This document shows, one piece after another, positions 50,700-62,617 of a stretch of 63,485 nt of DNA; the stretch's first letter is position 1; the number at the start of each line of letters is the position of its first letter. The notes beneath the pieces were generated by a model. The model was not told the origin of the DNA. It did not search any database and saw only the letters and a list, made by a program, of their open reading frames with translations. The translations under genes and the position numbers were made by a program. Source of the stretch: Rhynchobatus australiae (lineage: Eukaryota); assembly GCA_034780895.1 (NCBI GenBank), contig JAUZTB010000107.1, positions 33,268,758 through 33,332,242 of the forward strand. Reading direction: 5' to 3'.

Positions 50700-51590
50700 C
50701 CTTACAAAAATCCTGGGAATGCTGGAAATATGAAATAAAGATTCTGACAGAGGCACAAGAGACTGGGATAACACACAAAACACTGCAGGGCCTCAGTGTG
50801 TCAGGCAGCATCTGTGGAGGGAAGTGGACTGTCAATGTTTTGGGTCGAGTTCCTTCATCTGGGCAGTCCAGATGAAGGATCTCAGCCCAAAACATTCTGA
50901 CAAGCTGATTATCTGAAGTTGTTGAAAGTGATATTGTATCTGCAAGGACGTAACGTGCCTTGGGTTTACATTGAGCTTTATAGGAAGAGTGTAGGAGACT
51001 GAGGACGGTGGGGGAATGTATGAAAAATTAAAGTGAAGACTGAGTGGAAGCTGCAGGCCGAACAGGAGTGTTCTGCAAAGTGGTGACTCAATCCACATTT
51101 GGTCTCCTCATTGCAGAGAAGGCAAACATTGAGAATAGCAAATACAGTATCCTATTTCCCATGGAAAGATTCTTTGAGACACTACAAATGGAGATAAGGG
51201 TAGCATCTCCTCCCATCACATGGGAAAGTACAGTGAAAAGAAGAGTACATGTTAGTGAAGGAGGAGGATTGAAACAGAGAACTGTAGAAGCAACTTTCCT
51301 TACAGAATGTTCTATAAGAATGGGAGAAGAAGAACTGTCAGGTTAGAAGTATTGGAAATTGTGAAGGATAATCCATTGAATGTGGAGTCGGTTGGGGTGA
51401 AAAGAGAAGACACAAGAATCTTAACCAGTTTTGAGAGGGAAAAGATAATTTTTTTAATGGATACACAGAACATGAAATGGACACAGTGAAAGGTCCTATC
51501 AATTCAGAAGAAGAGGAATCCTTGTTGAGAATAACAGAAGACATATTGGGAGGTCTGATATGGAAAATTACATCATTAAAACTTCCATAA
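50700..51590 (-). mobile_element. Penelope-like element remnant: RT C-terminus, GIY-YIG endonuclease and terminus
   Basis: Minus strand gives FHPNRLHIQWIILHNFQYF (cf. YHP..L.IQ.IILRNFR.L) and YCICYSQC...LCNEETKCGLSHHFAEH (cf. IYCI.C..C...YIGET.R.L..RF.EH). Confidence 0.8.
50750..50893 (-). mobile_element. 144-bp Penelope-derived fold-back insert with two opposed hammerhead-like motifs and a 9-bp TSD
   Basis: Direct repeat attctgaca at 50741-50749 and 50894-50902; 29-bp inverted repeat 50834-50862 / 50868-50896 (26/29 matched). Confidence 0.85.
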
Positions 51591-51881
51591 TAGTATCCTA
51601 TGTTTTCTTCTGATCATAAAATCATGGACTCAAAGAAAATATGCCCCTAAGGAATAAATGGGTGAATTTATTTCATCACAGAGGAATAGTGGGAGGAAGC
51701 AGTGTGATCCAAAATTTTAAAATGCTAGGATTATATATGGAATATTTAACAGTACAAGAGCAAAAATCTCAAAGACCAAGGAACAAAATCACAATCCCCA
51801 CAGAAGTCTTCTTCTTCATACAGTAGGATAGTCAATTCATCAAGTGGAATTATTTCTATGCCATATAAAAAGCTTGAACTT

Positions 51882-51946
51882 TTCAAGTTCAAGTTAAAAC
51901 CTATTGTCATAGGCATACATACCCAGGGTATAAATGCCATGAAAAA
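51882..51946 (-). mobile_element. Rex1-type 3' tail cut by a gap
   Basis: Closely matches 52781-52838 (tacccagggtataaatgccatgaaaaa). Confidence 0.7.
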
Positions 51947-52214
51947 NNNNNNNNNNNNNNNNNNNNNNNNNNNNNNNNNNNNNNNNNNNNNNNNNNNNNN
52001 NNNNNNNNNNNNNNNNNNNNNNNNNNNNNNNNNNNNNNNNNNNNNNCAACAACTAAATGATCAATGTTTATTGTAACAAAGCTAGCGTAGATAGCATCAG
52101 AAATAAATTGAAATATGCAAAGCAAATAATTTCCAGGGCAGTACAAGCAAATAGGTCACTTTGTAAAACACAGGAAATAAATCCAACGAGTCAATTAGAT
52201 TACAGTTCCTTCTC

Positions 52215-52525
52215 TGTGTTTGTCTTTTGAATGAGACATTAAACTGAGGCCCCATCTGCTTTCTCAGCTGGACATAAAAGACCATAGAGTCATCCTTCCA
52301 AAGAGCAGGGATCCTCTCCTTGGTGCGCAGGCCAACATTTATCCTTCAACCAGTACATGACATGATTTATCTTGTCACTTTGCGAATGCTGTTTGCGGGA
52401 TCTTGCTTTGTGTGGATTGGTTTGTATATCACGGCGCTGACTTACCCATCAGAACCTGTACTTTTCACTGTAAAATCACCCAGCCATCTGGAGGCTGTGA
52501 AGACTGCGTTAAAAGTGCATATTCA
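52215..52525 (+). mobile_element. Deu-domain SINE (SacSINE1/AmnSINE1-like core) with an L2-type tail
   Basis: gtcttttgaatgagacattaaactgaggccccatctgc...ggacataaaagacc...gagcaggg...ggccaacatttatccttcaacc...gctgtttgcgggatcttgct. Confidence 0.8.
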
Positions 52526-52778
52526 ACCTTTTATTTTCTTTGTAAAAGTATGACATTACATAGATGTGTGTAAGAAGTATTCTGTGCCCTACTGAGCAGA
52601 AGCAAGCACACAGATGTATTTTGAACATCTGGACTGAAAGGATTTGAATCCTACCGGGAACAAAGTGCTTTGACTGTCAGTTTATAAGAAAAAAGTAGGA
52701 GCTTTGCACAGATCTGTAGAGGACAAGATCTGACATGTGAACGAGCTCTATATGAAGAACAGTAACAATGGGACATAA

Positions 52779-53095
52779 AATTCAAGTTCAATTTATTGTC
52801 AAAGGCACATGTACCCAGGGTATAAATGCCATGAAAAATAGCTTTTTTGCAGCAGCAGCACAGTACATTATAAACATGGCTAACATAAGTTAACATAAAC
52901 TTAAATTAACATAAATTATACACAACTTACATGACAAAATAAATAAAATTAACATGATGACATTAGTGCAAGCTCAGAGAGAGAAAAAAGAACTATGGTC
53001 TGAAGTAGTGTTGGGGTTTTTCAGGTCGGTTCAAGAACCTGATGGCAGTGGGGAAGAAGCTGTTGTTGAACCTTGAGGTGTGTGTCTTCAGGCTT
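52779..53095 (-). mobile_element. Rex1/Babar-type LINE 3' end (second subfamily)
   Basis: Minus strand SLKTHTSRFNNSFFPTAIRFLN; tail gtacatgtgcctttgacaataaattgaacttgaa. Confidence 0.85.
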
Positions 53096-53599
53096 AATTA
53101 TTCATGAAAAAGGAAGATGAGACCAGAGAGGGTAACAAGCTGCCAAGTTGAACAACTGGCCTGCAATTTGCATTGATCTCAATGGTGGGGCTATCAGTTC
53201 TTGTTGAATGAAACACAGCAGCAACATACATGCATTCAAACTCAGAAATCCAGAACTTGCTGACAGTGATTTCCTACCCCTTCACAAGGTATATTGTTTT
53301 GTAATCTTTCCCAGTACATTACGCAGAAGCCTGTGATCTAATGGAAACTTAATATAGTAATGAACTAATCTTGCTTTTAAAATGTTCTGAAAGTTTTACA
53401 CTTTGTTTCTTCAGGTGTAATTGAGGTTCTAATGGTATACTAAGATATAATTATTGTGTAAAAACCTCTCCACTTCTAAAACTCTAATTTTATATATGTG
53501 GATTGCCATTCCCCCAAATATTTCAAAATTCCATGTATGTTCAAAATAACAAAGCATAATTTCAAAATGTGGTTATATTATTGTGGTTATATTATTAGC

Positions 53600-53932
53600 A
53601 CTTTGGTTAAGTTACTGGGCTACCTGATGAAGAACCCAAGTAATCTGAGTTTGAACCCTAATGTGGTAGTCAAGAAATTTAAATTCAAGTGAACAAATAC
53701 ATATGGAATAAAAAAAAGTGAAAGCTAGTTTCATTTATAGTAACTATTGTCATAAAAACTTAAGCTGTTGACTAATGTCATTCAGGGAAGGAAATCTGAA
53801 GAAAATCTGATCTGGGTGGAGTCAATCAATGTGGTTGATTCTTATTTGCCTATTCAATGCAGGCTATAAGGGGCAGGCAATAAATGCTGGCATTGTCAGT
53901 GACATTCATATCCTGTGAACAAATGAAGAAAA
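53600..53932 (+). mobile_element. tRNA-derived SINE sharing its tail with CR1 family B
   Basis: Degenerate B-box gagtttgaaccc; core ctaatgtcattcagggaaggaaatctg; tail ggcaataaatgctggcattgtcagtgacattcatatcc matches the reverse complement of 30680-30720. Confidence 0.7.
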
Positions 53933-55589
53933 GTCTTCCGATATCAAATTTTCATGTATATGTTCCAATCTTTATTTAGTGCTCATAAAATGTATCAAAG
54001 ATGGGTATAACGTGGCTTTTTCGCTTCAAAACTTGGTGTCAGTGAAAATTCTTCAATGTGATTGGCCACTCAGTCTGCTTGCTGCCACCACTGATACTGG
54101 AAGACAAATTATTTGTGTGTGAAACTAAATCAATATTTGAGACATTAACCTGCTGTGATTATTTTTTAAACTTCATTGTGGGTTCCTAAGACTCAGATCA
54201 TAATTGTGGTGGGATAACAGAGTGGGGTAAGGAGTTGTCCTTATGAAATCCAAAAGAGGGATGAATCCCAGTGTTGCTGGGTGGCCACTGAGAGGGGTAG
54301 TGACCCATGGTCACTATTGCACTTACTTCTTTCTTGCTTCATAATTTCAAGAATATCAATTAGATTACTCTAAATGGATGCAAGTGAACACAAACTATAT
54401 TTTGGATAATGGCCAACTTGGTCAACAATTTCCTGGTTCCATATCTTAGTAAGACAAAGTCAGTTGTAGTCATTGGAGCCTCATGGCTGCCCCATCACTC
54501 CCCCTCTCTGGGAGTCACCTGGCCTGTGTGACTGGCCTGTGTGACTTACCTGTGTGTATGCCAGTGTGTATTGGAATAGTGTTAATGGAGTTTTTAATTG
54601 AATCAATTTTCTTGTTTTCCATAACATTTAGGAATTTTCAACATGGCATTTGCTTTTTAAATATGAATTTGAGGTTGATTATAGTCTTAAAAATCAGCAG
54701 TGGTGTTAGATTCACCCTGAGTCATAAACTTACTACTGAGGTGTTGCATTGGTTTGATTAGACAATGCAGAGTTTTGATAAGATCACAAAATAAAAAATA
54801 TATATATTCAGGTTGAAACTTGATTTGTTTTTTTGAAGAAATTTAAATATCATAGACAAGAGAATGAAAGTGTAAGTTTGGACAGAAGTGGACTTTACTA
54901 TCCTCCTGTATCTATGCCAGAGCATGTCTGTAGATATTTGTAGAATCTCACAGAAGGTAGCACAGAAACGTAAAAGGCTTTTTACTTTGGCTGGTTTGCT
55001 AAGGCAAACACTTGCATTAACTTTGACCTTGATGAGGAATGTGACACTTTGGGGACACTTGAACTTTTGTGTCTAACTGGCTTTCCACACAGATGTGCTA
55101 TCAACTGCACGTGTGGAAATCAAGTTACCTCAAATCACCCAGGACCAGTTACTTTCCACTCAACCAATATTCACCTGTGTGTAACCACAAGATATCGTTT
55201 TTTGTGGAAAATTCCAAGTAACAGCCATGATGCCTTCAAGGTGGGTGGTCTACCCTTCTTGATCTCTTCACATCTCCAAGCAGACATAGCAGCTGATTGC
55301 TTAGTCAGAAGGGATACCCCTTTAAATGTGGTTGATGAAACCCATGAAGATCCTAAACAATAAGCTCCTGAAGCAGACTAACCAAACCCATCTGACAACC
55401 AGATGTGTGAATGAATGAGTAGTCAGCAAGCCAAAGATGTGCTTGAGGCATCCCGGTAGATCCAGAGAGGCCAATCAGTACACATGGGCTCAGGGTTGAA
55501 CCTATGTGGATGAAGAGGAGAAGGAACAGGAAGTTGCTGCAAATAATTAATAAAGTATTGTACTTTATTTTTTTATATATATATGGTCA

Positions 55590-56095
55590 TTTGGTATGTC
55601 ACCAAGGAGTCTTGCAAATTTCTACAGCTGTATGGTGGAGAGCATTCTGACTGGTTGCATCACTGCCTGGTACGAAGGCCCCAATATCCAGGATTGAAAG
55701 AGGATGCAGAGGGTTGTAGACTCAGCCAGCTCAGCTCCATCGTGGGCATAACCCTCCCTACCATTGAGGACATCTTCAACAGGCAGCGCCTCAAGAAGGC
55801 AGCATCCATTATTAAGGACCCTCACCACCCAGCACATGCCCTCCACATTACAACCATCAGGGAGGAGGTACAGGAGCCTGAAGACCCACACCCAATGTTT
55901 CAGGAACAGCTTCTTCCTCTCCAACATCAGATTCTGAATGGTCCATGAACACTACCTCATTATTCCTCTTTTGCACTATTCATTTATTTTTTTAACTTAT
56001 AGTAATTTTTAATGTCTTTATCTCTTGCACTGCACTGTTGCCACAAAACAACAAATTTCATGAAATGTGTCAGTGATAATAAACCTGATTCTGAT
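55590..56095 (+). mobile_element. Rex1/Babar-type LINE 3' part
   Basis: FGMSPRSLANFYSCMVESILTGCITAWY...QRVV...LPTIEDIF..RLKKAASIIKDPHHPAHAL...PSGRRYRSLKTHTQCFRNSFF; tail aataaacctgattctgat. Confidence 0.92.
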
Positions 56096-56612
56096 ACTTT
56101 GCTGGCTAGTATGCCCATGGAAATCTTCAATATATTTTTACATTTAGACTCCATCCACTCTCTCATGGAATATCTGGATGGCAAACCCACATATTTGTTC
56201 AATCCAGACTTTCTTTTCATAGAACCCACTGAGAAACAACCATGCATGCTTTGCCTCCTCTTGCTCAAGTGGTCATTTCACAGGTTAAAGACCATTTGCC
56301 AACTACAAAACAGCAGAAAGTGATGGTAAATTTTCTCTCTTGCTTTTGTTATACAGGAAGGTGATGCAGTCTTCTCTGTGTGCCAAAACAAATGCAGCTC
56401 CAATATTTCACAAAAAGAAAGGTCCTCTCGAGGAATAAACAGCCTGTTTGTGTCACAATGTTGAGCAAAGAGCAAGCTCGCAGAGAACCCAAATGCAGCA
56501 CACCAATACAAGNNNNNNNNNNNNNNNNNNNNNNNNNNNNNNNNNNNNNNNNNNNNNNNNNNNNNNNNNNNNNNNNNNNNNNNNNNNNNNNNNNNNNNNN
56601 NNNNNNNNNNNN

Positions 56613-57034
56613 CCAGCATGGAATCCATGTGCTGGACAACAAGGCATTAAAGGAACCAAATTGAGGGCCAGAACTCAGAACCATGACAGTTTGATCAGTA
56701 ACCCCCAAGTGCATTCATTCCCTCCACTGCCAGAACACCGTAGTGCATTGGGCATCATGTACAAAGTGCGCTGCAGCAATTTGCCAAAGCTTTGTCAGCA
56801 GTACCTTCCATCATTTTCCAAATCCTTGATTCCTATGGCCTGAATTACAACCTCTTGGGAACACCACCATCTACAAGATCCCTGCCAAGTCACATACTAT
56901 CCTGACAGGACAGACCCTGGAAATTCCAACCCACCAGCATTGCGGGAATACTCTCAACTTGCAGACTGCAGTGGTTTAAGATTAATAGAAAAGGCATTAA
57001 ATGTGGGCCCTCCCATCCCACAGAATAAAAAAAA
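56613..57034 (+). mobile_element. CR1 family B 3' end, decayed
   Basis: cattccctccactgccagaacaccgtag...tacaaagtgcgctgcagcaatttgccaaagctt...tgggaacaccaccatctacaagatccctgccaagtcacatactatcctgac aligns with the reverse complement of 30800-31170. Confidence 0.75.
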
Positions 57035-59039
57035 TCCAGAATCCATTCAGTGTCTTGGTTGCAAATGTCGCTTTATACTTGCAACCAAGATACTTGGTAC
57101 ATTGACACTGTCACCACTTCACTCATCTAAATTGGTTAAGTAGCTTACTAATTCCAAGGCTCAGTTAAAACTACCAAAAATTCTGTGCTGAAACCTCTAG
57201 CACAACACTCCATCCCCAACTTTCCCCACTGACCCACAAACAGCTCACTTGCTGTTCCCAGCCATGTTAAAATTCAGCCCTTTATCTTTCTTGGATCTTA
57301 TATTATGATTGATCAGTAGTATACAAACTCTGAATTGTACCTCAAAATAATGCAAGACCCTTGCCAAGAACAAAGATCTGTTAACATGCACTGGAGTAAA
57401 ATGTAGCAGCAAATGGATTTGCTCTCTCCAACACCATTTTGAATGGATCTATTCTGTTTGGCAGTGTTCTCGAAACTGTGGCCAAACCAAATGATAATTT
57501 TTATTTGGAAACAAACATAGAATAAAGCAGTGCACTTTAGGGACGGGTGCTTCCTTGAGTGGAAAGCATGCATGGTGATGCAGGTTGTATTTAAGAAAGC
57601 ACAAAATCTGAGGACAGGTCAGAGTTAACAAAATCATCCAAAAAGTAAATGCTTTATTTGCACCAGATGGAGCAGGCAGTGTAATTTGACCCAATTGGCA
57701 TCTACTTTTCAACTTTTACAATACTGGAAGCCTTTATTCCTTGTTTTGCATGTAAAAAAAAGCTTCAGTATTTTACCAATGGGTTTCTGTATTTTTAAAA
57801 TTCCTGAGATAATTCAACACTCTTTCTCTGACTGATGGAATCCTTACTAAAAGTAGGAATGCCCCACTTCGCCACTCCATGTCATCCCTTTAATATGTCA
57901 ATACCATTCATGAGTAGTGGTGAAGGTCTTCTTTAAGATTTTTCAAAGCATAGTGATAAATCCTATTACAATGCCTCGAGATCAAACATACACTTGCTTC
58001 CCATGAGAGCCTGATCTACAGTGTTTAGCACTGAAGCAGTGGATATATCATCAGGATGTTCAGAAGGCACAGATATTTTTGGTATTAAATCATTTTTCAT
58101 CCTTTTCTACGCTGTGGGCAAATTTCTTAAAGAAGGACCTCCTGCATTCTTAAATAAGTCATAATAATATCAGAATAAAATGCAGAAAAAGCATCCAGAT
58201 TATTTGGCAGACAAAAAGAAGGGGAAAATTGGTTTCATGGTGTTGTTATTCCTGTGCCCCTGTAGAGTTAACTTCTCATATGGGTTCTGGCAGTGTTTTG
58301 ATGATAGGTTTTTAGCAGACCACCCATTGCATTGAAAAAAAATAAAGTGATGGATTGCTACCACTTCTAACAGAAGTTCTTTCCTTCCAGATTCCTACTT
58401 AATGGAGTTTCAGCAAATTTGCCTGAAAATGTGCTTTAAGGCTGCAAAACATGATCAGTGCTGCATTTCCCTGACGTGTGGAAGCATAGCCAATGACTTC
58501 ATGTGGAAATGCTGAAAAAATAATGCTGCATCCTCTGAAATGTTGATTTTACATTTGAGCCGAGATAACCTGAGGATTTTGAAGAAACAAAATAGACAAC
58601 AAAAATAATGGCATATTGTATCTGAATTTTTTCCACAAGTCTTCACAGGCCATTTTGAATTTCTGCGAGAGTGCTGGGAGGATGTATTGAGTGAATGAGG
58701 GGGACTTGGCCCAACACCTGAGCTTGCCAAGCACAGAGGCCGAAACAAGTTGATTGGCCACCCCAGGAATCAGCAGCAAAGTGCAGAGAGGCCTCGGGAG
58801 TTTTCTTTTTACTTTTATCCAATGCTAACAATAGACCAAACAAGTCAGTCAGGGACATGTCATCTGAACCCCACAGATAAGAAGAGTTTCATAAAATTGT
58901 CAGCACAAATTGTCATATAAATTGCAGCACAAATTGTCACAACTTTGAGAAGCTTAGGAGCTAGAAATCAGATCTCCATGGCTGGAACTAATATTCAAGT
59001 GCAATTTGTTCCCATGTCAGATTGAGATTTGGAATCAAT

Positions 59040-60855
59040 GAATCATTAGGACATTACAGGACAGAGGGAAGCCATCCAGCCATTGAGTTCTCATTGACTC
59101 CTGGTGGAGCTATCCAACTAGTCCCATTGCCCCCCTCTTTCCCCATATCTCTAGAAAATATTTCTCTCGTTCCTTTTCAGTTCCCTTTTGAAGGCCCCCC
59201 ACCAACCTTACCCACACTGGGTTCAATGCCATAACTCTGCATATTGATGTTTTTTACACATTTCCTCTGAACTGCTTGTCCACCATTCTAAATCAATGTG
59301 CTCTAGTCCTTGAACCATTCTCCTCTGAAGACAGCTTCTCCCTATTTACCCAATCTAAATGCACCATGCTCTGTACACCTCTATCAAATCTCCCCTCAAC
59401 CAATTTTACTCCAGGGAGAGCAACACCAACTATTCTATTCTAACCTTGTTGTTGAAATTTCTCATCACTGGAATCTCTTATCTAGTGTCTCTGCTTCTTT
59501 CCTCAAGTGAGGTGGCCAGAGGTGTCACAGTACTACAGATGGCATAACCAGTGGTGTGTAGAATTTCAGATTAACCTCCCTGCAGCACATCCAGCATCTG
59601 CAGAATGTTTTGTGTCTCTGTATAACCTCCCTGGTTTTTGTATCAGGGTCATAGAGAAATACATCACAGAAACAGGCCCGCAGGAATCCACACCAACCAT
59701 CAAGCACCCATTTTTACACAAATCCTACTCTACCCCATTTTATCCTCCCTACATTCCCATCAACTCCCCTCATCCACACACCAGAGGCATGGAAGGAGAC
59801 AGGAACGCAAAGAGGAAACTGATGCAGTCACAGGGAGAACATGCAAATTCTACAGAGACAGCACCAAAGATCAAGGTTGAACCTGGGTCGCTGGAACTGT
59901 CAGGCAAGAGCTCTACCAGCTGTTCCACTGTGTATTCTGTACCTTTATTTACAAATCCTAGAAACCTACACGCCTTACTAATCACCAACCAAAATAGCTG
60001 ACACTTTATTTATGGGTGTACACATCCAGCTGCTTCTGCACAGCCTTTGGAATGACATTAATAGTCTATTTTGATTCTCACTGTTCTTTCTATCAAAGTG
60101 AATCTGTCCACATTTCTCTGAACCATTTTCCATATGGAACTTATCAACCCAAATTGTATGTCCATTTCTGTACTTTTTCAGTCTAATCCTCACATTTTAC
60201 CACACCTCCATGTTTTGTATCATCTACAGATTTTCAAATGTTTTCATGTATTCCCATGTCTCAATCATTAATATTTATCCACAGAAGAAACTGTATCAAC
60301 ATTCACCCCTAAGGTGACTCCTGGATCCCATTATCTGATCTAAAAGACAGCCCTTTATCGTAACTCATTGCTTTCTACTTTTAGTCGATCTGTTACCCAA
60401 GCTGTTACTGACCCTTATGTTCCATGAGTCTGAATTTTGCTTTTATGTAAAACTTTGTCAAAAGCCTTCCAAAACCCATGGAAACTACATCTTCTTCATT
60501 CCCTTCATCAACTTTCTCATCTAGCCATTCCACCAGGGTAATCAACATATAATTCACTATTAATACATCATATTGGCTCTCCTTAATTAACTCAAGCGTC
60601 TCCAAGCACCTACATATCCTTGATTATTGTTTCAAAAAGAACTTTGGGTTAATCTGACAGGCCTATAATTGTTGGACTTGCCCCACTTGCCATTTTCCTC
60701 TGCTGTATCTGTGGAGGATTTGTGGCGACTCTTCTGCAATCTCCCCTCACACTTCCCTTAGCAATCAGGATGTATCCCACCTGGCCACAATGATTTGTTT
60801 ACCTTAAGCATGGACAGCCTTTCTGGTCTCTGCTTCTTATCAATTTGCACCCCAT
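59040..60855 (-). mobile_element. Old CR1 RT-to-3' end with many deletions, interrupted by a SINE
   Basis: NYRPVRL, LIKESQYDV...LVEWLDEKVDEGNEEDVVSMGFGRLLTK, CGQIHFDRKN; CR1 3' UTR at about 59040-59150. Confidence 0.8.
59644..59930 (-). mobile_element. HE1-type V-SINE with a CR1-derived tail
   Basis: Head cacagtggaacagctggtagagc...caggttcaacc; V-domain gaatttgcatgttctccctgtgactgcatcagtttcctc; tail gggcctgtttctgtgatgtatttctctatgac (cf. CR1 tail 35257-35286); TSD tgtat at 59639-59643 and 59931-59935. Confidence 0.85.
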
Positions 60856-60871
60856 TCATTATCTTCACAGC

Positions 60872-61142
60872 GATGGAAGGTGTTATCAGCAGTGCTATCA
60901 AGACAGGTGTCCACTGACTTGAATCATACCTCACACAAAGGAAGATGACTGTATTTGTTGGAAATCTATCTTCTCAGTCCCAGCACATTACTGCAAGAGT
61001 TCATCAGGAGAGTGCCCCTGGCCCACCTATCTTCAGCTGCTTCATCAGTGACATACCTTTCATTATATCAGAAGTTGGGATGTTCGCTGATGGTCGTGCA
61101 ATATTCTATTCCTTTCTTATCTCCTCCTGCAATGAATCTGTT
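60872..61142 (+). mobile_element. CR1 family B RT core fragment
   Basis: LESYLTQRKMTVFVGNLSSQSQHITARVHQESAPGPPIFSCFISDIPFIISEVGMFADG. Confidence 0.85.
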
Positions 61143-61289
61143 ATTCTTAAACCAACCTGACATTCAGAAACATACAGAACTATCTGAAAACTGTGAATAG
61201 TTAACCAATCTTTTATTATTTATGCAGTCAAACTTTTTAAAAAAAGGTTTAAAAATAATTAAAAATGCAAAAGGTTGAATTTGGCATGG

Positions 61290-62072
61290 GTTCAGTGGGC
61301 AGATCCTCTTGGGCTCAAGAACTGCAGAAGAAATTTGGGTAAGGAAGATGAAATTTAGTTCAGAAGAATGTGACATGCTACAGTTTGGTGGGATGAATGG
61401 GGAGAGGCAATGCTAAAAAAAGGACAGAATTCTAAAGGGGAATCAGGAACTGCAAGATCTGTGGGTATGTGTACAAAGGTCTTTGAAAGTGACAAGGCAG
61501 GTTGAAGGAGTATTCATGATCCTGGGCTTCAGAGGTACAGAGTACAAGAGCAAGGAAATCGTGATGAACCTCTCATACTTGACTCTATTTGACAGCCACA
61601 GATGGTGTATTATGTTATTTCTAGCTACCACCTTTGTAGAAGACATGAAGGCCTTAAAGTGGGCAGAAAACACATTTACTTGAATTTAGTTACATGGATA
61701 GATGGGGGGAACTGGAGTTGTTCTCCTTGGAGCAGAGATTGTGAGGAGATCTGATGGAGCTACTCAAAATCATGAAGATTATAAGCAGAAAAGATTAAGA
61801 GAAACTGTTCCCATTGGTAGATGGGTCAAGAACTAGGACAGATAGAATAAAGGTGATTGGCAAAAGAACAACAAGTGACATGAGGAGAAGATGTTTTGCA
61901 CAGCAAGCAGCCAGGATCTGGAATTCACATTTAGAGAGTGTGGGGGTTGGCAGAGCCAGGTTCGAGATGGAGCTGGATAAATATTTAAAAGGAAGACATT
62001 TTTGGGGCTCTAGGGAGAGACTGGGCAAGAAATTACCTCAGTCCTATCCTATAACCATTCTGTGACTCTGTG
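61290..62072 (+). mobile_element. Old CR1 3' portion
   Basis: MKFSSEECDMLQFG, ILGFRGTEYKSKEIVMNL, SRTRTDRIKVIGKRTTSDMRRRCFAQQAARIWNS...FEMELDKYL. Confidence 0.8.
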
Positions 62073-62617
62073 CATTTTGGGCTCTATTGCTGGAAATCAT
62101 AGCAACAAGACTTATGTCAGATTGTAGTCAGCAAAGCCCCAGCAAGCAACTGTCTGTACATTCAGGACTTGTGCATTCACACAGGAGTCCCAAACATCCT
62201 GACACAAGGGACTTGCAGAATTTCACAGGAAAATCTGGGCTCTCACTGAATTTCTCCACTGAAGATATTTGGCTTGTTGAGTATTTCAAGTATCTTCTGA
62301 CTTTCTATCAAATTTCCAGCATTCACCATATCTCACCTTTCTATTTTGCATATTATTGTCTCAGGAATTGGTTTTGGCCCACTTATGAGTCTAAAATAAG
62401 TAATGCATTCAAGTGGTGCTGCTAATCTCATGGCCACAAGAAAGGCACATGAAAACATTTCTTTTATATTGCAGCAGGCTTGCTGTGAAATCTCTTCTCC
62501 CTCTCCACGCCTTAGAATCTGCAGTTTTGTTGTCTTTGCATTAGGTTAGGGTAAAGGTTAGGATTTGCATTAAGATTAGGCTTAGCAATTGATACTACAC
62601 TGTCACGTTACTTAGCG

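Noticed and set aside
53624-53660. CTGATGA hammerhead-like core
   Set aside because: No stem II followed by GAAA; it lies in a decayed SINE head.
54519-54545. 13-bp tandem duplication ctggcctgtgtga (and a ~24-bp one at about 58893-58939)
   Set aside because: Ordinary slippage duplications; not CRISPR-like or functional arrays.
55200-55363. Weak resemblance to a Harbinger transposase C-terminus
   Set aside because: The LHN motif is absent and the similarity is too low to support by eye.
59507-60001. 164-aa ORF
   Set aside because: Antisense read through a SINE and a CR1 fragment.
62540-62586. Telomere-like ttagg/ttaggg repeats
   Set aside because: Too short and degenerate to call an interstitial telomeric sequence.
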